Shown: one piece after another, positions 13,236 to 27,199 of the stretch
Position numbering within the stretch: position 1 is the first letter of the stretch
Layout: every line of letters starts with the position of its first letter
Source of the DNA: Eledone cirrhosa
Lineage: Eukaryota
Assembly (NCBI GenBank): GCA_964016885.1
Contig: OZ024740.1
Coordinates: 331,142,001-331,206,000 of the forward strand
Length of the DNA: 64,000 nucleotides
Direction of reading: 5' to 3'
The notes under the pieces: generated by a model
Databases searched by the model: none
Told to the model about the DNA's origin: nothing
The model's input: only the letters and a program-made list of their open reading frames with translations
Translations under genes and position numbers: made by a program

Positions 13236-13239
13236 ATTC

Positions 13240-13710
13240 TAGATCACAGGTTCTGGAATGTAGAGAGCTTTTGAATTGACCTTGCGTCCAATAAACACAA
13301 TCAAGACCATATAATACAAGTGGTAGCATGTAAGTATCAAGGATCTTAGACTTCACATGGTAGGAAACTCGTTCTGTTGTTAGTACTTCCTTTTTCTTGT
13401 TGAAAGCTGCTCAACCTAGAGCGATGCGATACTGTACAGCAACCATTCCACTGTCGTTTGATACGTTGTGACCTAGATATACACACGCCGTAACTTGAGC
13501 AATTTGCTTCTTGTAGATTGTGAGTTGGAGATTGGCATTGCTTTTATCACTTGTCATACATTTTGTTTTGGAAATGTAGATGTGTCAGCCGGCCTCCAGC
13601 GAATGTTTTCCAAGTAAATTCAGAAAGTCTTGCAGATCAGTTCTAGAGTAACTCATGGTGGCCAGATCGTCTGCATAGCTAAGATTTGATAGGATTTTAC
13701 ATCCTATTTT
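13240..13710 (-). pseudogene. RTE-like reverse transcriptase fragment (YADD to thumb)
   Basis: KIGCKILSNLSYADDLA; LGHNVS; ILDTYMLPLVLYGLDC. Confidence 0.8.
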
Positions 13711-14248
13711 TCCTACACGAAAACGCCCACGCATGTTCAAGAAAGCATTGATAGTTGTACTATACAAAAAAGGTAGCAGACTTGATTGTGAGTCATGTTT
13801 ACACACTTCTCATGGGTATCATCGCAGCACGAGGAAAGGCAGAACTTTACGCCCCATTTCCTGAAACACAAGCTGCGTATCAACCTGGAAGAGGTACCAT
13901 TGAGCAGATCTTAACTATTGAACAAATCATTGACAAATCAATAGAATTCAATAACCCGTTGCACATCACCTTCATTGATTTCACAAAAGCTTTTGACAGC
14001 GTGAAACTAGCCAGCTTGTGCCAACTCTTAAACAAGACCTCAATTAACAAAGAATACATACACCTATTGAAAGAAATTTACACAAACTCAACAGCATCAA
14101 AACAGACTTGGAAACTACACGCTGTATAGACATCTTCAAGGGAGTTAAACAGGGGGATGTACTATCAGCATTTCTTTCTGTATATTTATAGCTGCGCTTG
14201 TCTACCAAAGTGAAGAAGAATGCTCATCTGGTTATCAAATAGGAGGTA
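13711..14248 (+). pseudogene. RTE-like reverse transcriptase fragment (N-terminal motifs), inverted relative to neighbour
   Basis: FKKALIVVLYKKG; QAAYQPGRGTIEQI; FIDFTKAFDSV; GVKQGDVLS; ends GYQIGGKT. Confidence 0.8.
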
Positions 14249-14359
14249 AAACCATACATATATATATATATATATATATATAAATGTATATCTTTATATG
14301 TATGTGGGGGGAGGTATGTACAGAGAGAGAGAGAGAGGGGGAGAGAGAGAGAAATAAAT

Positions 14360-14405
<46 letters not shown>

Positions 14406-14664
14406 AAAGAAAATCCCAACCGCGGCACGAAGCGCTTTTGGCATTCATGATGGACGTAAGCGCTTGTCAGTTAAGAAGCGATGCTTTTATCTATTAAAAA
14501 AAATGTATTATTAATATAATAAACTCTACAAAAATTCAATTTCATACGTATTTTTCAGAGAACTATATAAATGTCATGGAAGCATATTGATGGATAGCAT
14601 TTTCATTTTGCTAGCAACATTTCTGAAATGATCTAGGGCGGTATCTTCGGAAAACGACACCATT

Positions 14665-14850
14665 GTGGATTGGCAGTATCGGTAGAGGGTCGGATGCCAT
14701 GCTTTCCAGCATAGTTACGTCCCTTTACGATCTGAGTTCAAATCCCACCGAAGTTGACTTTGCCTTTCATCGTTACGGGGTCGATAAAATAAAGTACCAG
14801 TAATGCACTGGGTATTTGCTGGCCTTGTGCCTGAAGTAGAAACAATTGTT
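14665..14850 (+). mobile_element. tRNA-derived Nin/Deu-type SINE
   Basis: homologous to 2868-3048 over nearly full length. Confidence 0.85.
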
Positions 14851-16349
14851 AAGAGAATAAAGTTTACCGCGTAGTCACATAGACTGGTCAGTATGATATC
14901 ATTTATAAATACCGATATCAGAAATTATTAAAAGTATTCAACAGAAACGCTGTATTTATAGAATCATCTATTGTCATTCATTATCACCAACTATGTATCA
15001 TAAGATGTACCGCCAAAATAAACCAAATAAAATACAATAATAGTCCTAATGGTTGGTAGAAAGCTTTATAGATGAGTCTGACGTGATGAGCCCTATGATA
15101 GGATTTTTTCTTGTTGTTTAGCTGGAGAACATCTACCTTTTATAAGTTTAGCCTCAATCACGAGAGAGCTTTGTTTCCTGTAAAATCATCGCATATTTAT
15201 GGGAATGCAGCAAACCATGGCAACGAAATTATCTTATAGAATACATTACAAAATTCCAATTTAGTGTTACTTGAGTGACCTGCTAAGGTAGACAGGAAAT
15301 CCTAACATTTTACAGACATATATGTACAAATCAGAGAGAAGGAATAACAATACCAAGTGAGAATCAGCAGGTTTGGAACTTGAAATGGTGAACCACTTAA
15401 GACGATACGTTGTAATTATTATTATTATTTTTTTTGGCTTTTCTACGTATGTCAACGCGATCACTCTAGAATTCAATATTATTGATTTTGTCTTACATGT
15501 GTTTTTGTATCGTCATTGTGTAATATTATGGGAGATACCAACAACAGCATTGTGGTGGTAAACCATTTACAAATGGTGGCTCTAAGCAACAGTTTCTTTC
15601 TTTGATGCAAATGTATTGCAATATGTAATGACACTGCTTCTAATGTTTTCTCTTGTAGTATAAAAAATATTGCACCCAGAATGTTAACAGCATCTGAAAT
15701 AAATATGCTTTTCAAATAGTTCCTGAAGGAATTGTTCATGCATTAATCTAAAAAATTATTTTTTCCTGATTTCTTATGAAGCTTCAAGCAAATGTTAGAG
15801 TTTTCGTAAGTAAAAATAAAACTGCTGCTTAGAATTGCTCACATATAATTAAAGGAAAATTCACTATGACATTTCTGCAGAATTTAGCAAAAATAAAATT
15901 CTGCTTTACGAAACGTGTTAATAACTATATTAGAGCTGAAGCCGATGAGCTTCCAATTTCTTTTTATGCTTGAATACAATATGAAATGAAAAGTGTTGTA
16001 ATTTAGGTGCATTATTGGAATGCGTATATATATATTCCTAAACATATGGATAAGTGTAAACAGAGGTATACATATTTTAAGAACCAACAACACTTGATAT
16101 ACACACTCGTCGTCTATGCTGAAGTCATTTGACATCACATTCACTGCATGTACACTAGGAAACGTCATATACATCACGCGGTCATATATTCCCTATTACC
16201 AACGCTTACGAAAATAAGAATTCATATATATGCTTATTCAGATAGAAATAATAAACAAGTCTGCAGAATGATCATGATGATAATGATAGTTATGACGATG
16301 AATGTAATTCTGTCGAAGGTAAAGCAAACGAAGAAGCAAATAATAGTAA

Positions 16350-16480
16350 TAATAATATTAATAATATTTTTTTCTTTATTGGACACACAGGTTTCGCAAT
16401 AAGGAAACATTAAATAAGGTGCAGGACGATACAGTGTGGGGGTTTTCATGTAAAATAAAATGTACAACAGACTAAGAAGA
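16350..16480 (-). mobile_element. probable 3' end of Tx1-like LINE
   Basis: minus strand CCTGTGTGTCCAATAAAGAAA followed by ATT-rich tail resembles the 3' ends at 30860 and 60280. Confidence 0.4.
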
Positions 16481-17983
16481 TAAACATTAGAAATAAAATG
16501 AACGCACCCTTTTCCTAAAGTAATACGGAAAACAACACAGAATTAAAATTAACAGATGCAGGACACGTAATAATCTTTTGGCACCTGTCCTGACAGGGAT
16601 TAAACAGACGTAGAGACACGGCTGGTAAACAAAACAAAAAAACCTCGAGAGTCACAGGAATGTCCTCCCTATGCTACAACAATTAAGATAATATGGAGGC
16701 CATCCACGATCCCATTCACAACATTAACATCACCAGTAATGACAGCGACTACGTGTCGTAGCCGGTGCGCAAATATTAGATAGACTGGATTAGTGAACAA
16801 GTGTATAGAGCATCGACATGGCGAGTAGCAATGGAAAAAAAACTAGATTAGAGGGAGAGTTCTGAGGAAACCCTTTCAGTAAAATAATCACGACTGAATG
16901 CCTGTAACAATTTTGGGCCCTTGATAAATTCTTCGAAGCCAGTGACAAAAGCAGCCATCTTAGCGCGACAGCGATTGCTGTAAAACAAGAATGAAATTGT
17001 GTGTAATTGTCTCTATATGTTTGTCATTTTAATCAATCTGTAGTGGTTGTTCTTGTCATTGTTAAGTACATCTGACCTCTATTCTTATGTTGGTAGTGGT
17101 GTTAGTGTTGGAGTCAGCTCAAAAAAATTATAAAGTGGTAGAAGGAATAAGATGGTAAAGGAACAAAATAAAATAATCAAATTAAAATGTGTGTGTGTTA
17201 TACCCAATCTCAATGTTAGAAAGATTTGTAAGGTCACTCCTTCCATTGGTCAGTTTTGAGAGCATTCCTCAGTCGAAAGTCTATAGAAATTCTTTCTGGG
17301 GTGAGGCTCCCCGTAGTGTTTGTTTTTGCTATTAAGTACATCGGACCTCTACCCTTATTTTGGTAGTAGTGTTGGTGCTGTGGTCAGCATATGTCTTGCT
17401 ACTGCTGACATTTAGAAGTACCTGTGTGTGTTTCTTAACCATGCTGCCACCATCTCTCGTGGTGGTGGTGGGGGGGGGGGATGCAGTGGGGTCTGCCATG
17501 TATATGAAGAAATAGAAGGCAATAAAATGAAGGAAACAGAAAATAAATAATAAATAGAAAATAAATGAAAAGTTAATGAAAAATGAAAAGTCAAAAATGA
17601 AAAATGAAAATTGAAAAATGAAAAGTGAAAAGTGAAAAATAACAATGAAGTTTCAAATAAAATAAGATGTGTATGCGCTATATCCAATCTCAAAGTCTGA
17701 AAAATGTTGGATAAAGTGGTAGGACGAACAAGATGGTAAAATAATAAAAAAGATTTCCTCGCCTCAGAACGAATTTTTATAGACTTTTGACTGAGGAATG
17801 TTCTCACAACTGACCAATAACAAGAGAAGATGTCCTTTGACGCTGAAATTCGTTTGTTTAAATTCATATGATTACAGTTCCTCAGTGAAATAACAACCCA
17901 ACCAGGAACTGGGCAAATCAGAGTATTGACAAAGTTAAACACCTCCAACAACATGTGTACTCGTCTCTACCACACTAATTCGG

Positions 17984-18037
17984 ACTGCCTGAAGAGGACA
18001 CGACAAAATATGGCTGTCACCGAAATATATATATAGT
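17984..18037 (+). ncRNA. candidate type I hammerhead ribozyme (partly degenerate)
   Basis: actgc-CTGAAGA-gg..gaca/tgtc.cc-GAAA-tatata-TA-tagt; lies just 5' of a (TA)n run like the other PLE ends. Confidence 0.5.
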
Positions 18038-18087
18038 ACGAAGCCAAATTTTAAACATTTGACTTTTAATTTATTTTATTTTATTTC

Positions 18088-18199
<112 letters not shown>

Positions 18200-19504
18200 G
18201 TGGGAACGTGTGTTTTTGTGTGTGCATATACATATGGGGAATGTATGTTCGTTGGCACGTATGTGTGGGTGTTTTGTGTTTGCAGTATTGTGCGTAGGTG
18301 TTTTATGCATATGTGAATATATATATATATATATGTGTGTGTGTGTATGTGTGTGTATGTATGTGTGTGTGTGCATACGGTTGGTTGGGGTATTCATATT
18401 CCGTCATATAGTTTAAAAGGCGTAACGAAGTCTGCTGTACACTGATTACGCATAACAACGACTTCTTAAACGACTGTTTTAACGTGAGAGTTAGTTAGAA
18501 GTAAGGTCAATACAAGTCAGCATCAGCTATCCATTGTCTGTTAATAGCCACGAATTAAGACCTAAAATAATGATTATCATTATAACAAAAGGTCATTGAT
18601 TTCTTTGAAGTAACACTATTATATTATCTTTCATACTTCAAAACGCTTTTTCCAACAATTCACACATGAAAGTAATCTTTCTCCACATAAACTATTTAAC
18701 AGGAGAGCCATACTTATGGAAAAAAGGATTTTGCTACAATCTGTGAACAATTATCAGTTTTGGATCAATAAAATTTAAGAACGATCATATAAACTGTGCC
18801 ATAAAATATCAGAAGCGAAATTTATCTTTATTACAGTGAACATGTTTTGTAATGAAGTTTATCATTCTAATTCAGAGACTGACTAAACATTCTGTCGATT
18901 ACTCTGTAACTACTCTATTATGAAATATATTAAGATTAACGTGTAAAGAAATGTTATTTATATGAGCATATCTTAAGCATTGATTTATTTAATATGTAGA
19001 GACTACAACATGAATATGTTACTACATAGACTACTAGAGGTTTTCTAATCAACGTCTCAGCTTATGCATATGTTATTATATGATTAAGTCAGCTGAATAT
19101 CTGCTTTGGCAAACATTATTAGTTTTTCACATCAACAGGGATTTGATCAAATGCACAATAGTATTCTATAGAATATTATGTATACACCATAGATTGGCAA
19201 TTATATAGCGTATGATTATTTTACCTTAGCATTAGTTGCAAATTGGTATTGTGCTACATCTGTGCATTTTCATTAATACATTCTTATATCGAGTCACCAT
19301 TCATTAATATAATGTAAATATAATCTTAGGTTTGTCCGTATGTTCCATTATATTTTTCTTTTATTTGGCATAGTGAAACCGTATTCTAAGCTAACTGAAT
19401 TCTAAGCTAACTGAATTATGAATTTATTTTAATCTATTATTATGATATATATATTGATAGAGAGAGAGAGAGGGGGAGAGAGAGAGAGGTAGAGAGAGAG
19501 AGAG

Positions 19505-19615
<111 letters not shown>

Positions 19616-21456
19616 TGGTTTCCACAGGGCTAGAACAGTTTCATTTTGTATGAAACCATTTCTCTATTCAATGATTATACTACTTATTAATTGGGTTGTC
19701 ATTCCGATCCTGTTGGGAAAAACATTCTCAATTATATATATGCATGATGTGCAGTAGCACACATACCCAAATTTAAGATGTTCTCTCTCTAGAAATGATC
19801 AGACTATTTCACATAACAACAGAGAATCAATAATATGAAGCAATACATTAAATATATAAACCACTATTAAATATGTAAATGCCCCACATTTGAGAATATA
19901 TAGAGAACTATGGATGGGAATAACCAATGTATACAAACCTGGAAGCAAAAATATGCATTTGCAACCGCACCTACATACATACACATTCCCCAAGATAAAA
20001 AAAATCCATAACTCCAAGGAATCCTCTACTAAAATCCTTTTTTACTTTCTTTTCTCTTTTTTGCAAATCTTTCAGAAACTCATTCTCTCTATACCCACCT
20101 CGAAAAGACCCAATTACGTCATTTTTATATGTATTGCATGCATTTGGATTTGGATTTATTTTACTTGATTTATTCTTCTTTTATCTACAAACCTTAAAAA
20201 TATACTTGATCTCTTGACACAAGGGAACACATTCACAGACACACTTCACGAAAGGAAAAAAGAAAGATTATATTCAATTTAAGCATTTTTTAGTTATTTT
20301 CACAAACCCAGAAAATAATTTCATCGTTTAACACAATTGACCCCATACACACTCTTCTTCTTCTTCTTCTTCTTCTTCTTCTTGGCCCATCTGAGAGGGT
20401 CGTGGGTGCAGAATCCTTAAACATACATTCAAGCGTGTCAAGTCAGAAGCAATAGTACTAAAAATAAGTGGTCAATATTTAGAGAAGACACTGCTTGATG
20501 ATTGACATAGGGGGTGATCTATTTGTTGAGAAGGAGTTTGAGAAAACAATATGAGGCAATCGATTTCAGAATAATTCGGATTTGGAAATATTATTACAGT
20601 TAGTGTTCAGACCTTTGTTGTGGTAACAAAGAACGTTAAACATTGGATCTTATGTATTAGATTTGAAATTCGTTCAGAGAAGCTAACAAAATGTGCGCTT
20701 CGGACGAGCCAGAGTTTCGAGAAGGCAAGTCCAAATGTAGTAAGAATGAAAAATAGCAAGAACATAGGAAATTCATTAAAACCCACTCCTGTGTGTTAAT
20801 TTGAGAAGATAAGATGTGTTCGACTTTCATACATACCATTGCAATTTATAATAGTATTAGTTGTTTCCTTACAATAATAAAAGCAACAATGTGTGCAGCA
20901 AGGGACCCACTAAGAAAAACGTAGTTGTTAGGTGATGATGGTTGCTGATTCCCAGTCCACACTCCAGAAGTCCATATCGTTGAGGACATCTTGAAGGCGT
21001 TTATAAAATTAATGCATGTTTTCTTTAATTCCGCTACTGTTTTCCATACCCGTCTTATCACACGACGAATTTCTTCTACCTCTACGTCTGTCTCCCTGTT
21101 CGTTTCTTCTTTCTCTAATCCTTACTGGACTGAATTCTGCTATCCAATCCTATTTGCAATGGCATTAGTTAAACCCCAATTATATGTTGTCACTAATTGT
21201 CTGATGATACTGCACCAGGCATTATATTAGGACACTTGATCTGACCTATTAATAATACGGCGACATACACTCACCACACACACCTAAACATCTCAACTCG
21301 CTCTCTCTCACACACAAATGTATGTACACGCGTACATGAATGTATGAGCTTGTAAGCGTATATATGTAATTGTATGTATGCGTTTGACTATATGTATATA
21401 ATTGAAGGCGGCCGCCCGGACTAGCAACTGCTAATTTTTGATTGCCTTCCTGTCTT

Positions 21457-21637
21457 GGGCATTTCTTTCTGCTTTTCAGCCTCTTCGATTGTGTCTATTA
21501 TTATATTCCTTTGTTGGCTAAATTTAGGAATACCTCATGATGACACCGGATTCATACTGAACCCGGTCATCGAAATGTTCATAGTATAATAGATCTTTAA
21601 GGAATTACACCAATCCAGCCTCCTGTCATTTCATAAT
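21457..21637 (+). repeat. dispersed repeat; inverted copy at 23736-23915
   Basis: near-identical reverse complement; overlapping ORF translations (21597 vs 23783/23832) agree. Confidence 0.8.
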
Positions 21638-21644
21638 ATATATA

Positions 21645-23458
21645 TATAAATATTACATTTGAATATAACCTCAAAGAGGTCAATTTCCTTGATGTCACTT
21701 TCAATCTCAATACAGATACGATTAAACCGTTCCATAAACTAAATGAGAACCTTAAATATGTAAATACGAGTTCTAACCATCCACTCTCTATAATTAAATC
21801 CATCCCTAGAAATGTTTCTCTTAGAATCTCCCGCCTGTCGTCCAACCAACAAACCTTCAAAGAACATGCCGAATATTATGATGATGCACTTAGGAAAGCC
21901 GGTCACCTAGATAATATAGAGTATATAGTCAAAGATCACCAAAACACCCAAAATAAATCCCATAGGAGTAGAAATAGCACAGAATTACCACCATACATAC
22001 ACTACCGCAATAGACACAATAATAGTCGCACACCACCAAACAGAAGGCGATGTAAGGAGTATATTTGGTACAACCCGGTCTATAACAACTCTATTAAAAC
22101 CAATCTACCCTCAAAATTCTTTCGATTAGTTAAAAAACACTTTCCAACATCACATAAATATAATAAAATCTTAAACCCTAACACTATTCGACTTTCATAT
22201 TCAACCGCCCCTAATATTGAACAACATATAAAAAAGCTTAACGCAAAACGGTTGTATAAACACCTTCCAACACATAACAATACACGTAAAACATTAGCTA
22301 TAACATCACAAAACAACAAACAACATCCTGTCCTACATAAGCAACCTCATCAACCCATCCATGGCAATACAACAACGCAAAATTATAATTGCAACTGTGT
22401 CCAACCAGGAATGTGTCCGTTGAACAATCAGTGTCTTGAACGCAACATCGTATACAAATGTACTATCGAATCGGATAGACAGAAGTGGTACTATGTGGGA
22501 TCTACAGCCACCTCCTTCAAATCACGCCTTTATAGACATCGTTACTCGATAAAACATGAAAACCAGCGTTATGTAACAACACTCGCAGACAAGGCTTGGC
22601 AGCTGCGTGAAAATAACCAACAATTTCACCTAAAATGGGATATAATAGCGGCTGCCCCCCCATATAATCCCATGGACAGGAATTTTGTAAATTATGTAAT
22701 GTAGAATTATTTTGTATTATGAAATCCAAAAACATTTTATTAAATAACAGAATAGAGCGATCGTTATACTGTAACCATCGCTTAAAATCTACATTTTCAT
22801 ATTATAAATACTACCAGGATTGAACGCCTGTCTCTATCCCCGTTTGATTGTCAAAATAGATATTAACATTCTTTATTAGTCTTAATTCTATCAACTCTTC
22901 TATTATTTACCTTTTAATACAAACTGCTATAGATAAAATGAGATTTCTGATTTCTTGATTCAATTCCCTAATGCATATACCAGCTGGCTACTAGCATTGA
23001 TGTTATTTAGTAGCAATCGAAATTTCCCCCTTCCCCAATTGACACTTTATAATTAATACTACTGCACCAAATGACCAGCCCTGTCCACTGTCCAGTTGGT
23101 CAAGTAGAGATTAAAATTGGCACTCCCAAAATTCTTATTTAGATTTACTCATGGTATTCTCATTAGAAACCCATTATATACTTGTTTAGCAGTAAATTAA
23201 TTTACCATCTGTCATATACTATCCCCTCTGTTTCTTCCTCTATTACTAATATAAATACTTCAAATTTTCTGATTTTATCCAATTTATCCAAAATCTCTGA
23301 AGAAGTGACAACTGATTATACATTTGCTATCGAATACTTGCTAACATTATATGATTACGCAAGCAGCGATACATAGGTATTCTGTCTGTTACAGAAACAT
23401 ATGTCAATACCTAATAAATTCCTTTTTTAAAAAAAGCACTTTCATTTTTATTCATCCT

Positions 23459-23462
<4 letters not shown>
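21645..23462 (+). mobile_element. Penelope-like element (RT C-terminus, Cys linker, GIY-YIG, 3' UTR), disrupted
   Basis: VNFLDVTFNL..KP..YVN..SNHP; WYNPVY; KHFP; CNC..CPL..C..NIVY..YYVGST..FKSR..H; Cys-rich linker suggests a Neptune-like group (inference); (TA)n at both ends. Confidence 0.88.
23297..23413 (+). ncRNA. atypical hammerhead-like motif
   Basis: CTGAAGA-agtgaca...tgttaca-GAAAC-atat-GTC; canonical stem I not pairable. Confidence 0.4.
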
Positions 23463-23491
<29 letters not shown>

Positions 23492-23497
<6 letters not shown>

Positions 23498-23713
23498 TAA
23501 CAGATTAAATTTTAAGCTAAGAATCGCTGCTTTCACCCTTAACGGGATCTTCTGAAACTGAAGATCTCTTTAAGAGTGAAAGCAGCGATTCTTTGCTTAA
23601 ACTTTAATCTGTTGTTTTAATAAATATTTGCTCTACGGTTCATATATATCTGATATATATTTATCCTTATCGAGCCCTCTTTTCATTTTAGTCTTCAAAT
23701 TTATTATTATTAC
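23492..23713 (+). mobile_element. 'family A' 3' terminus with 5' inversion
   Basis: 23492-23557 is the reverse complement of 23558-23620; remainder matches 4900-5058. Confidence 0.7.
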
Positions 23714-24363
23714 TATATATATATATATATATATATTATGAAATGACAGGAGGCTGGATTGGTGTAATTCCTTAAAGATTTATTATACTATGAACATTTC
23801 CATGACCGGGTTCAGTATGAATCCGGTGTCATCATGAGGTATTCCGAAATTTATCCAACAAAGGAATATAATAATAGACACAATCCAAGGAGTTGAAAAG
23901 CAGAGAGAAATGCCCCACTTCCTCCCGTCTGACCTGTGTGAAATTCTTTTCTTTCTCACCTTTCGCGTGGCTCGGACGTGTCTGCCTCTTCTCGTCATTT
24001 GATTCGTTCGGACTTAAGCACACAAGATTCATTAACTTATCTCTCTTTTCCTCTCTTTACGTTGCATTACTGCCATGTTGTTTGTTCATTTTCCCCTTCC
24101 AATTCGCTCTGTCCCGATAACTTTATTTAGTTATCGCTCGCGCTGATTTTAGGTTTCTAGTCTTTAATGCGAAGAAATACTAATGATAATCAGCAGACTA
24201 CTGGAGATGGACATTCCTGTTTCTCGGTCTATTTTCGTTCATATATATATATATATATTTTCATTCATATATATATATATTTGCTCTACTGTTCTTATAT
24301 ATTTGATGTATATTTATCCTTATCGAGCCCTCTTTGGATTTTAGTCTTCAAATTTATTATTAT

Positions 24364-24478
<115 letters not shown>

Positions 24479-25269
24479 CGGACACATATTTGAAATTAGA
24501 AACTGATGTCTGCATATTGCTGCTTGGATCGTTTCGCAAGAGTGCATATATATATATATGTATATATTCATTTTTTAGTTTTAATATATGTTCAACAGAA
24601 ATGCGCTACAAGAAATACCAGCTAGAATCATTGTTCAATAGGAAGAAACAGTAACCTTTGAGAAAATTTGCATATCGGACACAATGATCAGTTATTCTAA
24701 TTAATCATGCAGATGCGAATCTATTCACCTCTACGCTTTAACTGATTAAACAACAGATTCCTGATATTATTGTAACATTTAGCATAAAACTAATGCATAA
24801 CATTTGCTTGATATTTGCATGTTAATATATATCATATTTGCTTCCTTGTATCTTCTTTTCTATAACTCTCTTGACGCCATAAATATGGAGAGATTATATC
24901 ATTTAAATCATGAAACCGATTATGCAGAAAACTAGAGATAACATAGGTGCAGCAATAAACGGGAAAATTTGCAGAAAATACAGAGCAAGTAATCGATATT
25001 GTCTGCCCAACACAAGAGGGGACATATACGACATCATGATATTCATGACAAATTACAAAATATGAAATTACATTCTATAATGATCTTCGAAATATCCCTT
25101 AATATTTTTCAAAGGAATGTGTAGAACGTATGTTAAGAAATAGCTGCTAGCAATACTCAATAAAATATGAAGCCTATTTTATATAATTTTGAATTATAAT
25201 ACTTTGAAAGAAGAAAACCATGCGCCATTATCTGAAAATATGAAACGGTGTGTCTCATTCTCTCTCTCT

Positions 25270-25427
<158 letters not shown>

Positions 25428-25537
25428 TCAATATATATATATATATATCATAATATCGATTAAATATACCATCAACCATACACAATTAGGTATAAAATTA
25501 AAGTTAGAAGAAATGCATATACACATACCAGGATTAC

Positions 25538-25617
25538 GTTTGTACCCTAAGGTTTCGTTCGCATTTAGAAATATCCTATTAAGGATAAAATCTCGAGCTT
25601 CGAACTCATCAGGAAAC
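25538..25617 (-). ncRNA. type I hammerhead ribozyme
   Basis: minus: gtttc-CTGATGA-gttcg...tatcct/taat/aggata...cgaac-GAAACC-ttag-GGTA-caaac; C-C mismatch at the base of stem I. Confidence 0.7.
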
Positions 25618-25643
25618 AAACTCGTTTGGACAAAGGATTTTCT

Positions 25644-26572
25644 TAATTGAGCGCCTGCAGACATTCCATTTTCCAAGCGCTATCCATCGGTCTTTGTCTG
25701 ACCCAGGACTGCAGCTCAGTCAAGGAGACGAGCTGTGGGAAAACGTGCCTGACGAACGGCGACCACACCTGTTCATGAAGGAAGCACCAGAGATGTCGCA
25801 GCCTCAGCGCATATTTTCGCATCATCCGCCATGGCATGCCCAGTCCTCCACGCAACAGGTGTTGACAGCACATGGATCGTCTGACCATGGGAGCGCGTAC
25901 CTTCGACAAAAAGCGGAAGAGGAGGCGTTCCATTTTGGTGAAAGCTGGGCTGGAGCAAGGGACGACGGTGAGGCGGTAGCAGATGACGGATGCGATGTAC
26001 GCATTCGCCACCTCCGCCCGGCCTTTCAGGGACAGCTTCCTCTCGGCCGATTTCTGGGTGAGGGAGGCCACCCTGCTCGTCACCTCGTTCCAGTTTTTCT
26101 CCATCTGGAGGTCCGGTCCGAACCAGACCCCGAGCAATTTAACCGGTCCGTTTGTCCAACGCCCCACGACACTGTCGGACGGCATGTACTTGCCTCTCCA
26201 GGTGCCGAGCTGCAAGCCCACCGACTTTTCCTGGTTTATCTTTGCTCCTGTCACCGCTTCGTATTCCTTGAGAGCGGTGCCGAACATCTGGACGTGTCTG
26301 GTGCTCGACACCACCACGGTGACGTCGTCAGCGTAAGCGGACTCGGATTTCCCGCATCCTAGTTCGCGTGGGACGCCCCTCATCGCCCCCAGTGTGTGCA
26401 GTAACGGCTCGAGAGCCAATATGTACAAGAGGGACGAGAGTGGACAACCCTGGCGGACTGAGCGCATGATGCTGAACGGCTGCGACAGGTGACCGTTCAC
26501 CCTCACAACTGAGCAGATGTCGCTGTACATTGCTGCGATACAACCCTTGAAAACGGGCCCGAAACCGACTGA
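25644..26572 (-). pseudogene. Tx1/L1-clade LINE RT fragment
   Basis: SVRQGCPLS, AYADD, LSLKGR, GGLGMP; highly similar to 60558-63005. Confidence 0.92.
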
Positions 26573-27199
26573 AAACAACTGTGATAGAATAATTCATATT
26601 TCAAATGAAGTATAAGATTACAGTTTTGACCCTCAGCAGTCGACATGCATAACATTACGGCATAGGCCACAATATTTAATATTTGATTTTGCATCAGAAA
26701 TGTTATAGTCGAAAAAGAGGAAAATGGCTAAGTGGACAGACAGGCAAATAATTTCACCACCAACACCACCACCGCCACCATCACCACTACCACGCCAAAA
26801 ACTCTAGTCAAGTTATCTCAACTTCTATTTTTACTTCAACTTCAACACCATCGCTACAGTACTACGATCACATCCCCACCACCACGGCCTCATTATCGCT
26901 ACCGCAGCTATTCTCCCCCACTGCCTCCTGCTAAGACAGACATCATAGTATTCCCACTAAATGAGGAAGGCATCAAAAGATATAAATAGTCTGATTTGAT
27001 GACCCGGTCAAAAAATCAAAAAATCAAAAATCAAAATTAAAACAGCACAGCAGTAACAAAAAACGTAAAGAAAAGAAAAAAGAAAAGAAAAACAAACAGA
27101 CAGACAAGCAGAAAAACTAAGTCAGACATTCAAACATTACATTACAATGAAACTTATGCTTATTTTGGGGGGTTTCTACCTATTTGTTTGTTTGTTTAT

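Noticed and set aside
15300-15610. Possible host exons with AG/GT signals on both strands
   Set aside because: No recognisable protein and no consistent exon chain; such signals are expected by chance in AT-rich DNA
17245-17820. Inverted ~62-bp pair (17245-17306 / 17757-17818) containing CTGAGGA
   Set aside because: The repeat is real, but no GAAA-stem III-NUH follows, so it is not called a ribozyme
20400-21120. Decayed APE endonuclease on the minus strand (FYKRLQDVL-like)
   Set aside because: A single weak motif; too degraded to call
21529-21588. Hammerhead in the 21457/23736 repeat (atac-CTCATGA...GAAA-tgttca-TA-gtat)
   Set aside because: Essential G5 is C in both copies and the base of stem II does not pair; at best a relic
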